NCBI GenBank assembly: GCA_000934665.2
Contig: JYFJ02000754.1
Span: 1 to 64,000, forward strand
From: Catajapyx aquilonaris
Taxonomy: Eukaryota
DNA: 64,000 nucleotides
Reading direction: 5' to 3'
Positions 1 to 11,558 of this stretch are shown here, one piece after another. The first letter of the stretch is position 1. Every line of letters starts with the position of its first letter. Under the pieces are notes generated by a model. It saw only the letters and a list, made by a program, of their open reading frames with translations, did no database searches and had not been told where the DNA came from. Position numbers and translations under genes: made by a program.

Positions 1-3000
1 GTGTTCTTTCCATTGTCATTGGCTTGTTCTTAGTAACATCATTATTTTCCCTGCTTATCCCTTGCTACTGATGTGTAAGCAGGCAGAGACCCGTCGCCGG
101 GTCGTCCGCGTCACTCACTCGATTTGTAAACAGTGGCAACAATGGAAGCGCTCTCCATGGGCTGATGTTTGAATTGGCCCGCCGGCCGGGGTTGCCAGGT
201 AACGCACTACAACATAAGCAGCTTAGGCCGAATTTGTCAATAGCTGTTCGGACAAAAAAGTTGGACCACCCTGTGTATGTGTTTCTTTTGCATATTTCAA
301 ACGCACGGTCTCGTAGCATTCCTTCGTCCATCTCATCGACGAATTCTTCTGGGTGGTTGATAATATGAATTCACAGCTCGTTTGAGCACGTATGAGCTGT
401 GGGTAATTTTCCTTCCTCATGTAGGAAAGACAGTGAGGGCAAAGCGTAAAATCCCAATGGGAGGATGGTTGCCACTCCTGTGGCAGAAATGATACTGTCT
501 TTCAGAGATTCGTTGTTCTCCATCTAAAAGTGAGGTACAATGCATCAATATTTTGATGCTTTGTCGCCAAATCTCCCCCTGCTAGGCAAATAGGAAGAGG
601 TGTAGAGGTGGGCATGGCCATTATAAAGAATGTCTTCTATATTTTGTTTCCCTCTGACCATTAAAATATTTATTGCAACTTGCTTGTAATAATGCAAGAT
701 TAGAAATGAAACTCAGTTTTGTTAATCATATTCAGGGTTGTTTTCACTTTTTCATATATTATTATTAAGAACCACTCCCAATCGAAATGTTGTGGTTAGA
801 GAGGAAAACTATATCTTTAACCATGTATGTCGTGCAAGTAATTGAGCCAATTTGCCATTGCCCTCCTTTCCAGCATTCTCTTGGAGTTGTCCTCGGCAGA
901 AAAAACCGGTTGGAAGACCTCTTCCAAGTCCTCCGCAGTTATAGGCCTCGCTCCATTGTCACATAATATGTGCCTGAAGGCCCCTGGGTTTTTGACCCCT
1001 GCGTCAAGGACACCGAGGGTCTGCAACCCATTCTTGAATCTGAAGATAGGCACACGAAAAATGTGCCTGAAAATTAATTGCACTGTGGGAGGTGCAAGTG
1101 ATGACATGTACTGTACATACTGAAGAATCGCTGGAGCTGCGTTAGCAATGCCAAAAAAGTATCGCAGGCCCCTAGCAATTCCTGCTTTTCAGCCATTGAC
1201 ACTTTGCTGGTGCATCCTGCCACAGACACCAGGGTGCTGTGCTTGTCCACCGTTTCTTCCAGGGCTTCTTGGGTTTAGGATTTTTCCCATCTTCCAGGAT
1301 GATGTCCCTCTCATCGCATATAACATCTTCCAGTCGCTGTAGGCAGCATTGTTACATAGATTTTTAAAAAAATAGTCGTAGTACTGGACCTCCATTGACG
1401 AGGGACATTGCCTTCATTTGCCAGGCATAAAAATAATAATGAGCCTTGTAAAATGATTGTTCAATATAATTATGAGACATTCATCATTATAGCCTCCTAT
1501 TAAATACAGCCGTACAATAATTGGATGGAATCTTACCATCCATCTGATACACTATCATTTTGGTCCTGTCTGGGCCTTGCAGCATGTAACTGCCATGGAT
1601 GTGGTCGAGGCAGAGCCGGAGGAACTCCCTGGATGGACCTCCTGCATCTGCTGCCCCTTCTGAATCCCCATAGGTATCCATAAACTGCACGTTGATCTTT
1701 TGCGTCGCTTTGAAGGACCGCGTCTTCAAGGTGGGAATTGTGTATTCCTACACGCTCGTGCGGCAAATGTCGAACTTGCTGCTGGTGTTGCCCTCATCTA
1801 TTTGCTCAGCCAGCACTTGTAATATCTCTTCCGCTCTGCAATTTTAATTTGCATTGAAAATCGTTTACGATAAGTCACATAGTAATGCAATTAATATAAT
1901 ACGAACATCGAAGAACTTACGCTCCAATTTTTATCATGTGTAGGCGTAAGGCACAGTTTCTGTAATGTGCCTTGTGGTTTGATAATTATTAATGGCAGCA
2001 GAATGGCAATGCTACATCCTCGGTGATCATAATTATTTTGTTGTTGTTCCAACTTCTTTTCTAAACTAGTCCTTATTGCCTTTGGGCCCATAATTGTTAG
2101 TGTTTTTTTTTTTTTTTTTTACCCCAACCCATCTCGGGTTTTGGTGATGCAGAGACATGATATCCCCATACATAACCATAAAATATATAAGCAAAAAAGA
2201 AGAAAGTAACAGGAAGGGGACAAGCTGTTTTAGTGGCCATATTTTCAATCACTAATTTGAAGTCTGTGTTTTCAATATTCAGAGAACAATTATTTTGTAA
2301 AAACCAAATTATTAGGTACAACCGGCACTAAAAATTATAATTGCAAAGGGCATTATATACCCTAATCAGGCGCGGTGATCAAAGACTGGCCCAAATCACT
2401 ACTGCTGAAGTCCAGAAGTCCTAGAGGTCGTTCTTCTGCAGTGTTTGACTGTAGCCTTGATTACCTGAGCTCCGAAGTAATCAATGTGGACATCGGAGTC
2501 ATCATAGTCACTGTCAGACTCGTCGGAGTTTCTGATTCTGTTGGGTGTTAGCTCTGCTGCTATTCGGCAGTAATCACTGAAGATAAATACATTCCATGAG
2601 ATTAGTATTTAACATTTCATGTGAAGCGCACAACCTGTATGTGGAGGTTGCAAGCTGCTCCGTCTCAGCATTTCCTATCTGAGGAGGAGATGCATCAATA
2701 GATGAGATGGTGTTTTAAAGCGATTCACGCAAAATTTAATGGTTAGGAAAAATCTTAGTAATTTTTCAATGACCATGAGAGATTGCCAGTTGTGATAATT
2801 GCATATAGCTGGTGCTGGCTGATCCCCCTAGAGATGGGCTGCTCAAGCTGTCCCTCAAAACCACTGCAGCAAGACCAGTGTCAACCGGTGCTGGGTGGAG
2901 TGGAGACGCTGTCAGGGAGTCATTTAATCTATTGAACACTAACACCCACCTCATCCTCTGACTGCAGATGTATTGGGCCTGTGGCCCGCACATAGAGAGC

Positions 3001-3600
3001 CCCCCTCTTTCAGAGATTCCGTACTTAATTACATGAAGTCACCAATAAGAAACATGCATTTGAGCAATTCTTACCTTGGACGAGGGAGGTGGCCAATGAA
3101 CACTGCAAAGGCATCTTCTATCATCCCTTCCAGTTCACTCTCATCAAGAAATTTATGGAAGGAGAAGCCCGTGATTATTCTTTTTTCTCTCTGGAGATTA
3201 TTCCTTGTCCCTCTCTTGGAATGTGGGACTCACCTTGGTTGAGAATAATTAGGTCACGGTTGACCATGTCTCTCCTTCGAACTGGAATATAAAATCTAAT
3301 GGTAACGTCCCTGTTGAGGAAAGCTGTGAACATTTGCATGGGTGTTATAATTTCGTGCTGATTAAAGGTGCACACATACGGCAGAGCTGCTGCTGTTTCC
3401 CCTTTTGTTGAGTAGGTTTGCCACCTCTGTCCTGGCTTCCAGCCTGTCACCACCACCAGAAGTAGATGAGCCACTGCTGTAATTGCCTCTGCCAATGGAA
3501 TCAGACATGAGAGTGCACCACCACTACCATTAACATACCTTATGCCAGTGGCATTACCACCATGGCTGCTGCCACCGCCACCAAAACGAAACAAGGCTCT
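1..3600 (-). pseudogene. G2E3-like HECT-domain E3 ubiquitin ligase, multi-exon, disrupted; continues beyond the left edge
   Basis: Minus-strand peptide KINVQFMDTYGDSEGAADAGGPSREFLRL (HECT N-lobe DxGGxxREF motif, ~1610-1700) and further HECT-like exons at 817-1107 and 223-520. There is an in-frame TAG at 1748-1750 (ICRTSV*EY) and a frameshift near 3210 (HIPRE/GTRNNLQR). The upstream boundary is approximate. Confidence 0.75.
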
Positions 3601-4693
3601 GCCTCCACCAGTACCAAAAGAGCCACTGCTTCCACCGGTAGAACCAAGGCTTATATTTCCATTATCATCACCACCACCACCACCACCACCGGCACAGTTT
3701 CAAGTTTGAAGTAATAAGCGTTATAAAATTTACAAGTAGAGTGAGCATGACTTGGTGCTGCACAGTTCGTTACATCCGTATCCGTGTGATCCGGAATTAC
3801 ATGGCATGTAAAATATGCAGTATTGTAGGGATTTGCTATTTGTGTCTGATATGAAACTTTCGCGGTACATCGTACTATCTATTTCTGTCGACAAGGGTGT
3901 GAAATACAACTCATCTTCTGCTTTCCTATCCTGGTCGGATTTTTCCAAACGATGCGTCATTGTAACAATTAATATTTTTCTGTGGGATTGTTCTTCTGCA
4001 TTTTTTTTTTTTTTTTTTTTTTTCAATAAAATACTCGTTTCTTATATACACAAACATGATTTTTAATAGCTAAATCTGAAGTGTTTCAGACACCACCTTT
4101 TCCCGTTTTGACATGAGGTGACCCTTTTGATAAATGAAGTGGTTGCCTTACCTCTCTAGGAATTGCGTTCAAAACTACTGTAAAGATGGCGACATATGCT
4201 ATTTTTTCAAGTCTCAATCAAACATAGGCGTAACCTTACGTGCAACATAAGAGTGACAGTCTTCCGTTAAATGGAACCAGGCTCATAATGACTGAATGAG
4301 CCATTTGGTTCATAATTATTAAACACAGTTTAGAATAAAAATTGCATGTTGTCCATATAGAAAAGGAAATGACAATTTACTTGAAGTTGTAACGAAGAAA
4401 CTACGATGAAGTTTCCTAAATAAATAAGATGTGCATTCCAGTTATTTGTCGTCGAAAACGTTCAAAAACATATTATCCATGCACATTTACATCGACCGCA
4501 AAATCAATTCCTACATTGTCATGCTTGGTTGGGTGTGTCGAAAAAATGTCATGCATCCACAATAAAGTTCCACGGATGAAAGACTCGCCCGCTTTTGTTG
4601 TGTATGTCAGGCGAAGTTAACCCCAAAATGAGAGACTGATGTCCCTTGGTCACGGCACATCTGCCAACTCGTCCCAGTTATCTCTCGGATACA

Positions 4694-6118
4694 ATGATGG
4701 TTGGAGTGAGGCCTGCCCCGTCCCTTCAATGCCGGACTACACCTAAGCCGGACAGTCCTTTCTGGATGGCGTATCGTCCCGTGGCCATCCTGAGCGCCTT
4801 TTCCGGCCACTTGGAGTACCCCTGGGCCACAGACCCAAAATATTTCGGCCGGTTGTGGCCATACCCTTCAGACCATTCCAACAAGTGGTGCAAGCGTTGG
4901 CCTGCTCTGCTCCACCTCGTCTTGCTGGTCTTGTACGTGTCTGTGTTCAGCTGCAGCATGCCGTCTCACTTGAGGAACGTCCAAGAATTGGAGCTGACCG
5001 AGAAGGCCACTTACTCCGCCTACTTTGTGGTCAGCCTGGTGTGTCCTTGGGTCGTATACATCCTGATGCAGGCCAGGGTTGGACGGATCTGGAGGATCAT
5101 GTACCGGGTGTCCAATATTTGCTCCTTGCCCAGTCACTTGGAGTTGGGCAGGTACTCGGCTACCCTCGTGTCGCTTTGCTTCTGGACAACTCTCATTTGC
5201 ACAGTCGAACCCACTGGAGCCACCATCGTGTATGGACGTGGGCCTGACTCATTCCATGCTGCGAGTGTCTTGTACATATTTGCCAATTGGCATTCTTCTT
5301 TGGTCGTGTACGTCCTGCCTGTGCAGATAGCCTTCTTGGCAACTGTTCTTTGCGACATACTGAAGGAAATTAATAGAGAGATTACAGAACAGTGTTTTGT
5401 GGGGAAACAACAATTTGGCACGAAAATGGCCTTGCAGAAGCTGTCGGACAAGCTGTGCGAAACGTATCTGTTAGTAGAACTAGTGTCGGATGTGTTTGGA
5501 CTTCCACTGGTGTTGATTTATTTGGTTTCCTTCGTGACCATCACTAGCTTGTCATTTTACATCGTTCTGACAGGATTCGGGGGAGACACCTCATTGTTTG
5601 CCATAATACTTTCGGTTAAAGTTCTGTGGACAGCTGTTCTTACCACTTGGTTTACCAACGTTCTTGGATCAATTCAAAAAGAGGTGAGCCCAACAGTAAT
5701 GTTGTTTTAAGTATGTAGTACTTAATGTAATCTACTTGCAGTCGGCCACTTCGCTGCAAGATCTAATTCGAGTTCGTACACTAGAGAGGCTCCCATACTG
5801 CAAAGCACAAGTGAGTGCATGGTGTTACAGCATCTGAACTGTAATGTTGACAAGTGTCGATTCTTGTGACGCAGGTGAAAGGTCTGATTCAGAAGATGAG
5901 TGGCCCACCAGTTCAGCTGACTGCGGCCAACTTCTTCGCCATCAACCGTGGCCTGTTGACCTCAGTAAGTTGCACTGAAGTTTGGCGATATTGAAGGGTT
6001 TATATGTTTTTGTCAGATTACAGGTGCAGTCACCACTTACCTCATCGTTTTGGGCCAGTTCAAAGCAGGAGCCAAAGATGGAATCAGCAACAGCACCACA
6101 ATCTCTCAACAAATGTGA
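4694..6118 (+). CDS. Gustatory receptor (7TM chemoreceptor) 1, ~416 aa; exons 4694-5683, 5742-5810, 5875-5964, 6017-6118
   Basis: A long hydrophobic first exon is followed by three phase-0 GT-AG introns that splice in frame. The C-terminus reads QLTAANFFAINRGLLTS/ITGAVTTYLIVLGQF, containing the TYhhhhhQF Gr signature. Confidence 0.92.
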
Positions 6119-6222
6119 CTATCTTCCGACATAATGTGGCATTACTTCTTAATTTGTGTTGATGCAACTGGCTTTTTACCTGTTTAATTTAAAGTGAAAC
6201 CTCTATGTGGCTTTTTGTGCAG

Positions 6223-6638
6223 TATTATGGGGCTCAAATGGTTTTGGCCACTTTATATCCTGGTCTTGGAGCAACCCTTCGCACAGGCCCCACGGTGAGG
6301 AGGTCTTGACTAAGGTGTGGGGACGGAAGTCTGTGGTTTTACTGTAGCTGTGGGGACCAGTTCCAATTGTGGGGACATTTGTCGGTCCCCACAGTCTCAC
6401 ACACGCGAAGTGTACCATTACAGTGGGGACATGTGTAAATTAGTGGGGACATGTCCCCACTATTTTCATTTGTAGGTTTTCACAAAAGTCCATTTTTCTC
6501 AGCCTAGGTTACTTAGGGTAGGGTAGGTTAGGTAGGATAGGTTAGGTAAGGTAAGGTTAGGTTAGGTTAGGTTAGATCAGTTTACACTCGCAGTGAAAAG
6601 TGATCAATGTCCGTCCCCACGCCTTAGTCAAGACAAGA

Positions 6639-6673
<35 letters not shown>

Positions 6674-6720
6674 GGGTTGATTCAAAACCAGGTGGCCAAA
6701 ACAATTTGAGCCCCATAGTA
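6223..6720. mobile_element. Non-autonomous foldback MITE with long TIRs, internal gtggggac motifs, (ttagg)n-like tract and (gt)n
   Basis: The left end tattatggggctcaaatggttttggccac matches the reverse complement of the right end gtggccaaaacaatttgagccccatagta. An inner inverted pair is gtcttgactaaggtgtggggacgga / tccgtccccacgccttagtcaagac. Both termini carry TA. Confidence 0.85.
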
Positions 6721-7471
6721 CATCAGATGAGAGTTTTGACTAGCTCGTGATTGATGTCTGTTTGACACCGTTTCACCTATCACTTCTCCCAACCATGACG
6801 CACTTGTTGCATGTCACGAGAAAATCAATCATTAGACTGTGTAAAGGTGTATGCTTGGATAATTTATCATTATAGAGTTGGGTGTGGCTAACATGAAATG
6901 CACCACTCACTCATCATTTTCTTTATTTTTTGAACACCCCTTTACTCCTTGTTCGTCTTCTTGGCAGTTGCACATTACCAGTGAATAATGCTCGGAATAA
7001 AGTGGTAGTTGTTGCGTGACCAATGTTTCGTTATTCACATTAATCATGATGCATTTTGGCAGTGGTTCTAACACTTGCTCTTACATGCAGACAAATTGTT
7101 ACACAATGCAATCGCTACTGTCTGTTGCTAAAAGTCATGTCAATTATTTTCTTTCTGCCTTCATTCTTCATGCAGTGTTCCCGCGGAGAGATGTCATAAA
7201 GGTTATAATCAATACGCCACTTACTATGCAATCACAAATTGTACTGTGTGCAGAGACTTCCATCAGCTTAATCCAACAGTCTTCTTTGCGATAAATCAAT
7301 TCCAGCCTGCGACGGTACAGAAGTCCCAGTGTGTCAACAGCAATACCATTAACCATGTCGATAGAGGTCAAATTATTTAACTTAGAGGTGGGCATGGGAG
7401 TGTTGGCTTCGTCACACTTGTGGTACTAGCAGTCATCCAAATTCCTGCAGATAGTTAACATACTTATTGCA

Positions 7472-8809
7472 ATGGCAAGCATTGGACAGGCCAAGGTCCG
7501 ATCCTCTCTATTGTCATGTGGGCCAATGTACGTGGTTTCAGCCGCATACGGATTGTTCCCTTGGCCCTTTGAAGGGCACAGGGTGTGGACCAGATGGACA
7601 TGTCTGCTCAACATCTTCATCATCGTTTCACTTGTTGCCACTCAGGTGGCCACTAGAGGTGACTCTAAGGAAGTTGTAAAGTTACAGCTGACAATGACAG
7701 AATTGGTTGGAGTGTTTTCCTACTTCCTAACGATATTCCTACTTCCTTTTATCAATTTCTTTATAGTGACTTTGAAGTGGAAGAAACTCAGGCTGCTGTT
7801 CGACCGAGTGGACGCCTTGAATTTAAGCAGCGATATTCCAGTGCTCAGAAAATTCAGTTGGAAATTAGTTGTCGTTAGTTTCTTGGACGCCACGTTCTTG
7901 TGCTCCTCCTATGTCTACACCAATCAGGGAAAGGTGTCTGTTTGCATTTCCTGCCTTATTTTTCAAGGTGTGGCAATACGAAACCTAATAATTTCCCAAG
8001 TGCTTTTTGTCTCGAAGGCAGTAGAAAGAAAAATAAGGCGTGTCAACACTCGAATCACATTCACGTGCAATAGTCTGAGCGATGTGTTTTCTTTTCGCCA
8101 AAATTTGCTCAGTTTTAATTCTGGAGAATATTTCTCAACGTCAGCAAAGCTTTTCAGCGATATTCGAGAGATCACCGAGATCATGAGCCGAGAATGCGGA
8201 GCATCCATTTGCGTCACATTCCTCGATTTTGTGTGCGAAACCATCTTCAACATATTTGTCGCGATCAATTTTTTGAAGTCATTGCCCGCTCAGGATGTAC
8301 TTATGGTAATTGTACTGATCACTTCGAAATTAGCTTGGTTGCATTTCACAATTTGCACCGTCGGAAGCATCCCTGAGCAGGTGTGTGAGTTTGGCAGATA
8401 CAACTAGGAATATTTCCCTTAATATACCAACTGAATTCCAGGCTACCTCATCTCGAAAGGACCTGATCCGAGTACTATTATCTGAGCTGACCCCAACCTG
8501 CAGGAGACAGGTGAGGTCACCCAGATAGCACAATTTCGGTTAATTGCTTATTAATTTCCGACCCCCCAGGTGTCTGCTCTGTTGGTTGAAATGGATGGTC
8601 CACCTGTGCAGATAACTGCCTCCAACTACTTCTCCATCAATCGCAATATAATAACCTCAGTGAGTATACATGACCAATGAGTATGCCAATTAATTAATTA
8701 TGGGATGACTGGCCCTTCTTTTGTCCAGATTGTTGCGTCCATCACAACATACGTCATTGTTCTGGCGCAGTTCAGGGAAACGGACAGAGGCCCCGTGTCC
8801 ATCTCGTAA
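7472..8809 (+). CDS. Gustatory receptor 2, ~382 aa; exons 7472-8380, 8442-8510, 8570-8659, 8729-8809
   Basis: It has the same exon structure as Gr1 (69-nt and 90-nt internal exons, phase 0). The C-terminus reads VQITASNYFSINRNIITS/IVASITTYVIVLAQF. Confidence 0.92.
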
Positions 8810-9764
8810 TGTAATTATTATTAAACGGACTCACGATGAAGCTTTAACGTTCAAGTGTACGCAACAAGAGGAACACAGTCATATACCTATGATAGAAGTA
8901 GCAAGAGATAAAGATAAAGCCCCAGCCTTGGTATGCCCATTGGAAGGCCAACGACGTCCAGGCTGTCAACCGAGGCAGTTCTTCGAAGTGAGAGCCGTGT
9001 TTTCTGTAATCCGATGCGAATAAGGTCATTACGACTCCCGCGTGGGTTGTATTATCTGGTATAGGAAATAAACTGCAAGGCTCGGAACATTGACCAGCCC
9101 ATCATGAGTGACCCCTGACATTCCTGTACGTGACACACACGCTGAGCTGAATCATTGACTATATCATGTAACAGCTGCATCGTTGTCTTGGGGAGGTGGA
9201 ATGTTAGCCGCAATCATACGGGGCTACCCCTAATTAATCTCAATCAATTCTAATAAAGTAATGCTGACATTTGGGAATAGATATTGCCACGTTGTTCGGC
9301 CAGCATTGACTATAATATTATTACCGTGTCTACATAATAAAGGAAAAATCTCATTAATGAGTACAATGTTTGCATTTCAGGGGTTTCCGAGGGTTGATTT
9401 TTTTTTTAAAAAAAAATTTCCTCAACCGGTTTCGTGGTCCTAACCCCTGCGTAGCGATAAGAGAGACCTAGATCCCCCATGGGGCATAGAAGCACATGGA
9501 ATTCCTTCACTCGGTTCATGTTGCCTCAAGGGGAGCATCAGACGAGACTTCCCTTTCCACTCTCTCTTCCTCTCTCCTTTATCCCAGTAGTGTGGTGGGG
9601 TCAAGGTTTTATTTCCCCCAACCACCCCAACTCTCTTCATCTGGTATTTTGTAGGGATATGGCTTGATCAGAGTGGAGCTAGGAATGAGCTCTCTTTATT
9701 TTCTGATTGGTCTCTCTTTCTTGAGGCCCCTCCTCTACCCACAATAGGAGTGTAGCAGACCAAG

Positions 9765-9851
9765 ATGGATGGCTTCGAGGCAGACATGAGAGAAGGGCTG
9801 CTGTCTTCTTGTTCCTCTTACTCTTCCTCATCATACGAGTCACCTCCGGAA
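9765..9851 (+). CDS. GATAD1: Candidate alternative first coding exon of GATAD1 (29 codons)
   Basis: MDGFEADMREGLLSSCSSYSSSSYESPPE followed by a gtaagt donor. It is paralogous to exon 10379-10465, with the same length and phase, and has a similar upstream sequence containing ctgattggtctc. Confidence 0.5.
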
Positions 9852-10023
9852 GTAAGTAAAGGCGAGGTGGGGAAACTTGCACTAGGTCGGTTGGGGACAG
9901 TCTGGGTCTGGCTTGCATCGCACTGCTTCACTATTAATAAAATTATTGTGTGTGGATGGCATTGCGGCTCAGGCAGTGTTTCCACATTGGGCAGGCGGGG
10001 TTGCTATTTCGTTTTAAGTTTAA

Positions 10024-10177
10024 CCGTTTGATGCCTACGGACATCATATGATGTCCGAGCTTACATTGCTGGAGGGCCTAAGGACATCATATGATGTCCT
10101 GAGATTTGCCCTGCCAACTTGGGGGAAACTCCGGCCCTGGGGAAATGCAATCCCTCGAAAACTCCGACATCAAAGGG
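10024..10177. mobile_element. piggyBac-type MITE (154 bp)
   Basis: TTAA on both sides (10020-10023, 10178-10181) and termini ccgtttgatg / catcaaaggg. Two copies of the perfect 18-bp palindrome ggacatcatatgatgtcc lie at 10039-10056 and 10082-10099. Confidence 0.8.
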
Positions 10178-10378
10178 TTAAAGACATAATTAGAGCAAGA
10201 GCTGGCTGTACAGTACAGGTATAAGTTGCCACTGAAAATATGCCACCTTCTTCATCTGGTACCCCCAACTCCTCTTCGTCTGGCATTTTGTGGGGGGTAC
10301 TAGGCAGCCATGTTGGAGCTCGTGTCTTCTGATTGGTCTCTTTCCCTTGAGGCCCCTCCTCCTTCCCCTCAGATCAAG

Positions 10379-11558
10379 ATGGACGACCATATGGCAAGCA
10401 CAAAGGAAGAGCCTCTCTCTCCTTCCTCTTCGTCCCTATCCTCAGACCCGGAGGCACCTCCGGAGGTGAGTAAAGGACCAAGTTGGACAGTGGGGATAGG
10501 AGATTATTATTCATATCATTGTAGCCCCCACCATCCAAAGGCAAGTGGAGGGGTTTCAAGCCAGAGTGTGGAAGATGCCATGCCAATGATGCATTGTACT
10601 GGAGGAAGACTCAGTTGGGAGAGATCCGCTGCATCTCTTGCTCCTCGTTGGACGAGGATGATGATGAGGAGGAGTCAGACTGTGAGACGGGTGCGGTGAG
10701 GAAGCATCCAGAAGGAGGAGGTCCCAGTACGAGCAAGGCGTCTTCTGGTGGAGCCAGGGGACGAAGGGGATCCAGGAGGGGTAGAGGACGTGGCAGAGGT
10801 GGTGGGAGGAAGGCCAGAGGAAGCGGGCGGAGGAGTGCTCAGTTTAAAAACAAGGCTGTGAGTGTCCAAATTATTCAGTTTTAATTTTCAAAATTTTGTT
10901 GATAATTTCTCTCTTTTTTTCCAGCCAGCCCAGGTTCCTCCAGTCACGCCAACAATAGTGACATCTGATAGCATATTCTATCGTGTTAGTATGCAGAACA
11001 TACTCTTGAGACCTGCACACACAGTATGTACCTCAAGATGTTAACGCCTCATTGTCTTTCAGGGATTGTACTATCAGGCTGGTGACATCGTGTCTATCCT
11101 TGACGTGGGAGGAGGCATTTATTATGCTCAGCTAAGGGGCTTTATGGTGGACGAAAATGCGGTAAAAAGTGCTGTCATTACCTGGCTGTTGCCTACTCCG
11201 GCCAGTCCTAAGGATCGAAGGATCTTTAATCCTTCAACATACGTTTTAGGTAAGTGTCTTACTGTTAATAAAAAACAACTTTCTTCTTGTATTTTGTAAA
11301 CTATAGCCTCTGTTTTCGCAGGTCCTGAGGAGGATTTTCCACGAGAGATGAAGTTTTTTGAGTTTATCATGCATGCACCGCACGGTTACTTCAAGAAGCA
11401 GTAGCCCTTATCCTGTCAGCCCCAACCACGACCAGGGTGGATCCATTTGGCGAACTATGGGACAAGCCTTATTGGTACGCAGGACATGGAATAAGCTGGC
11501 GCATGTAACTCTTTTTACTGTTCAGTGGGTTAGATTCAACAGTTCTTTTGTCAAGTAA
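10379..11558 (+). CDS. GATAD1: GATA zinc finger domain-containing protein 1; exons 10379-10465, 10525-10857, 10925-10984, 11063-11249, 11322-end; frameshift near 11395
   Basis: N-terminal GFKPECGRC...WRKTQLGEIRCISC zinc finger. The conserved C-terminal domain reads IVTSDSIFYRGLYYQAGDIVS...YYAQLRGF...KSAVITWLLPT...YVLGPEEDFPREMKFFEFIMHAP. All introns are GT-AG. The frame stops at TAG 11402-11404, while the conserved tail (SSPYP...IWRTMG) continues in another frame to 11558. Confidence 0.88.

Noticed and set aside
6505..6575. True telomere or chromosome-fusion scar
   Set aside because: The tract is short, degenerate and enclosed within MITE inverted repeats.
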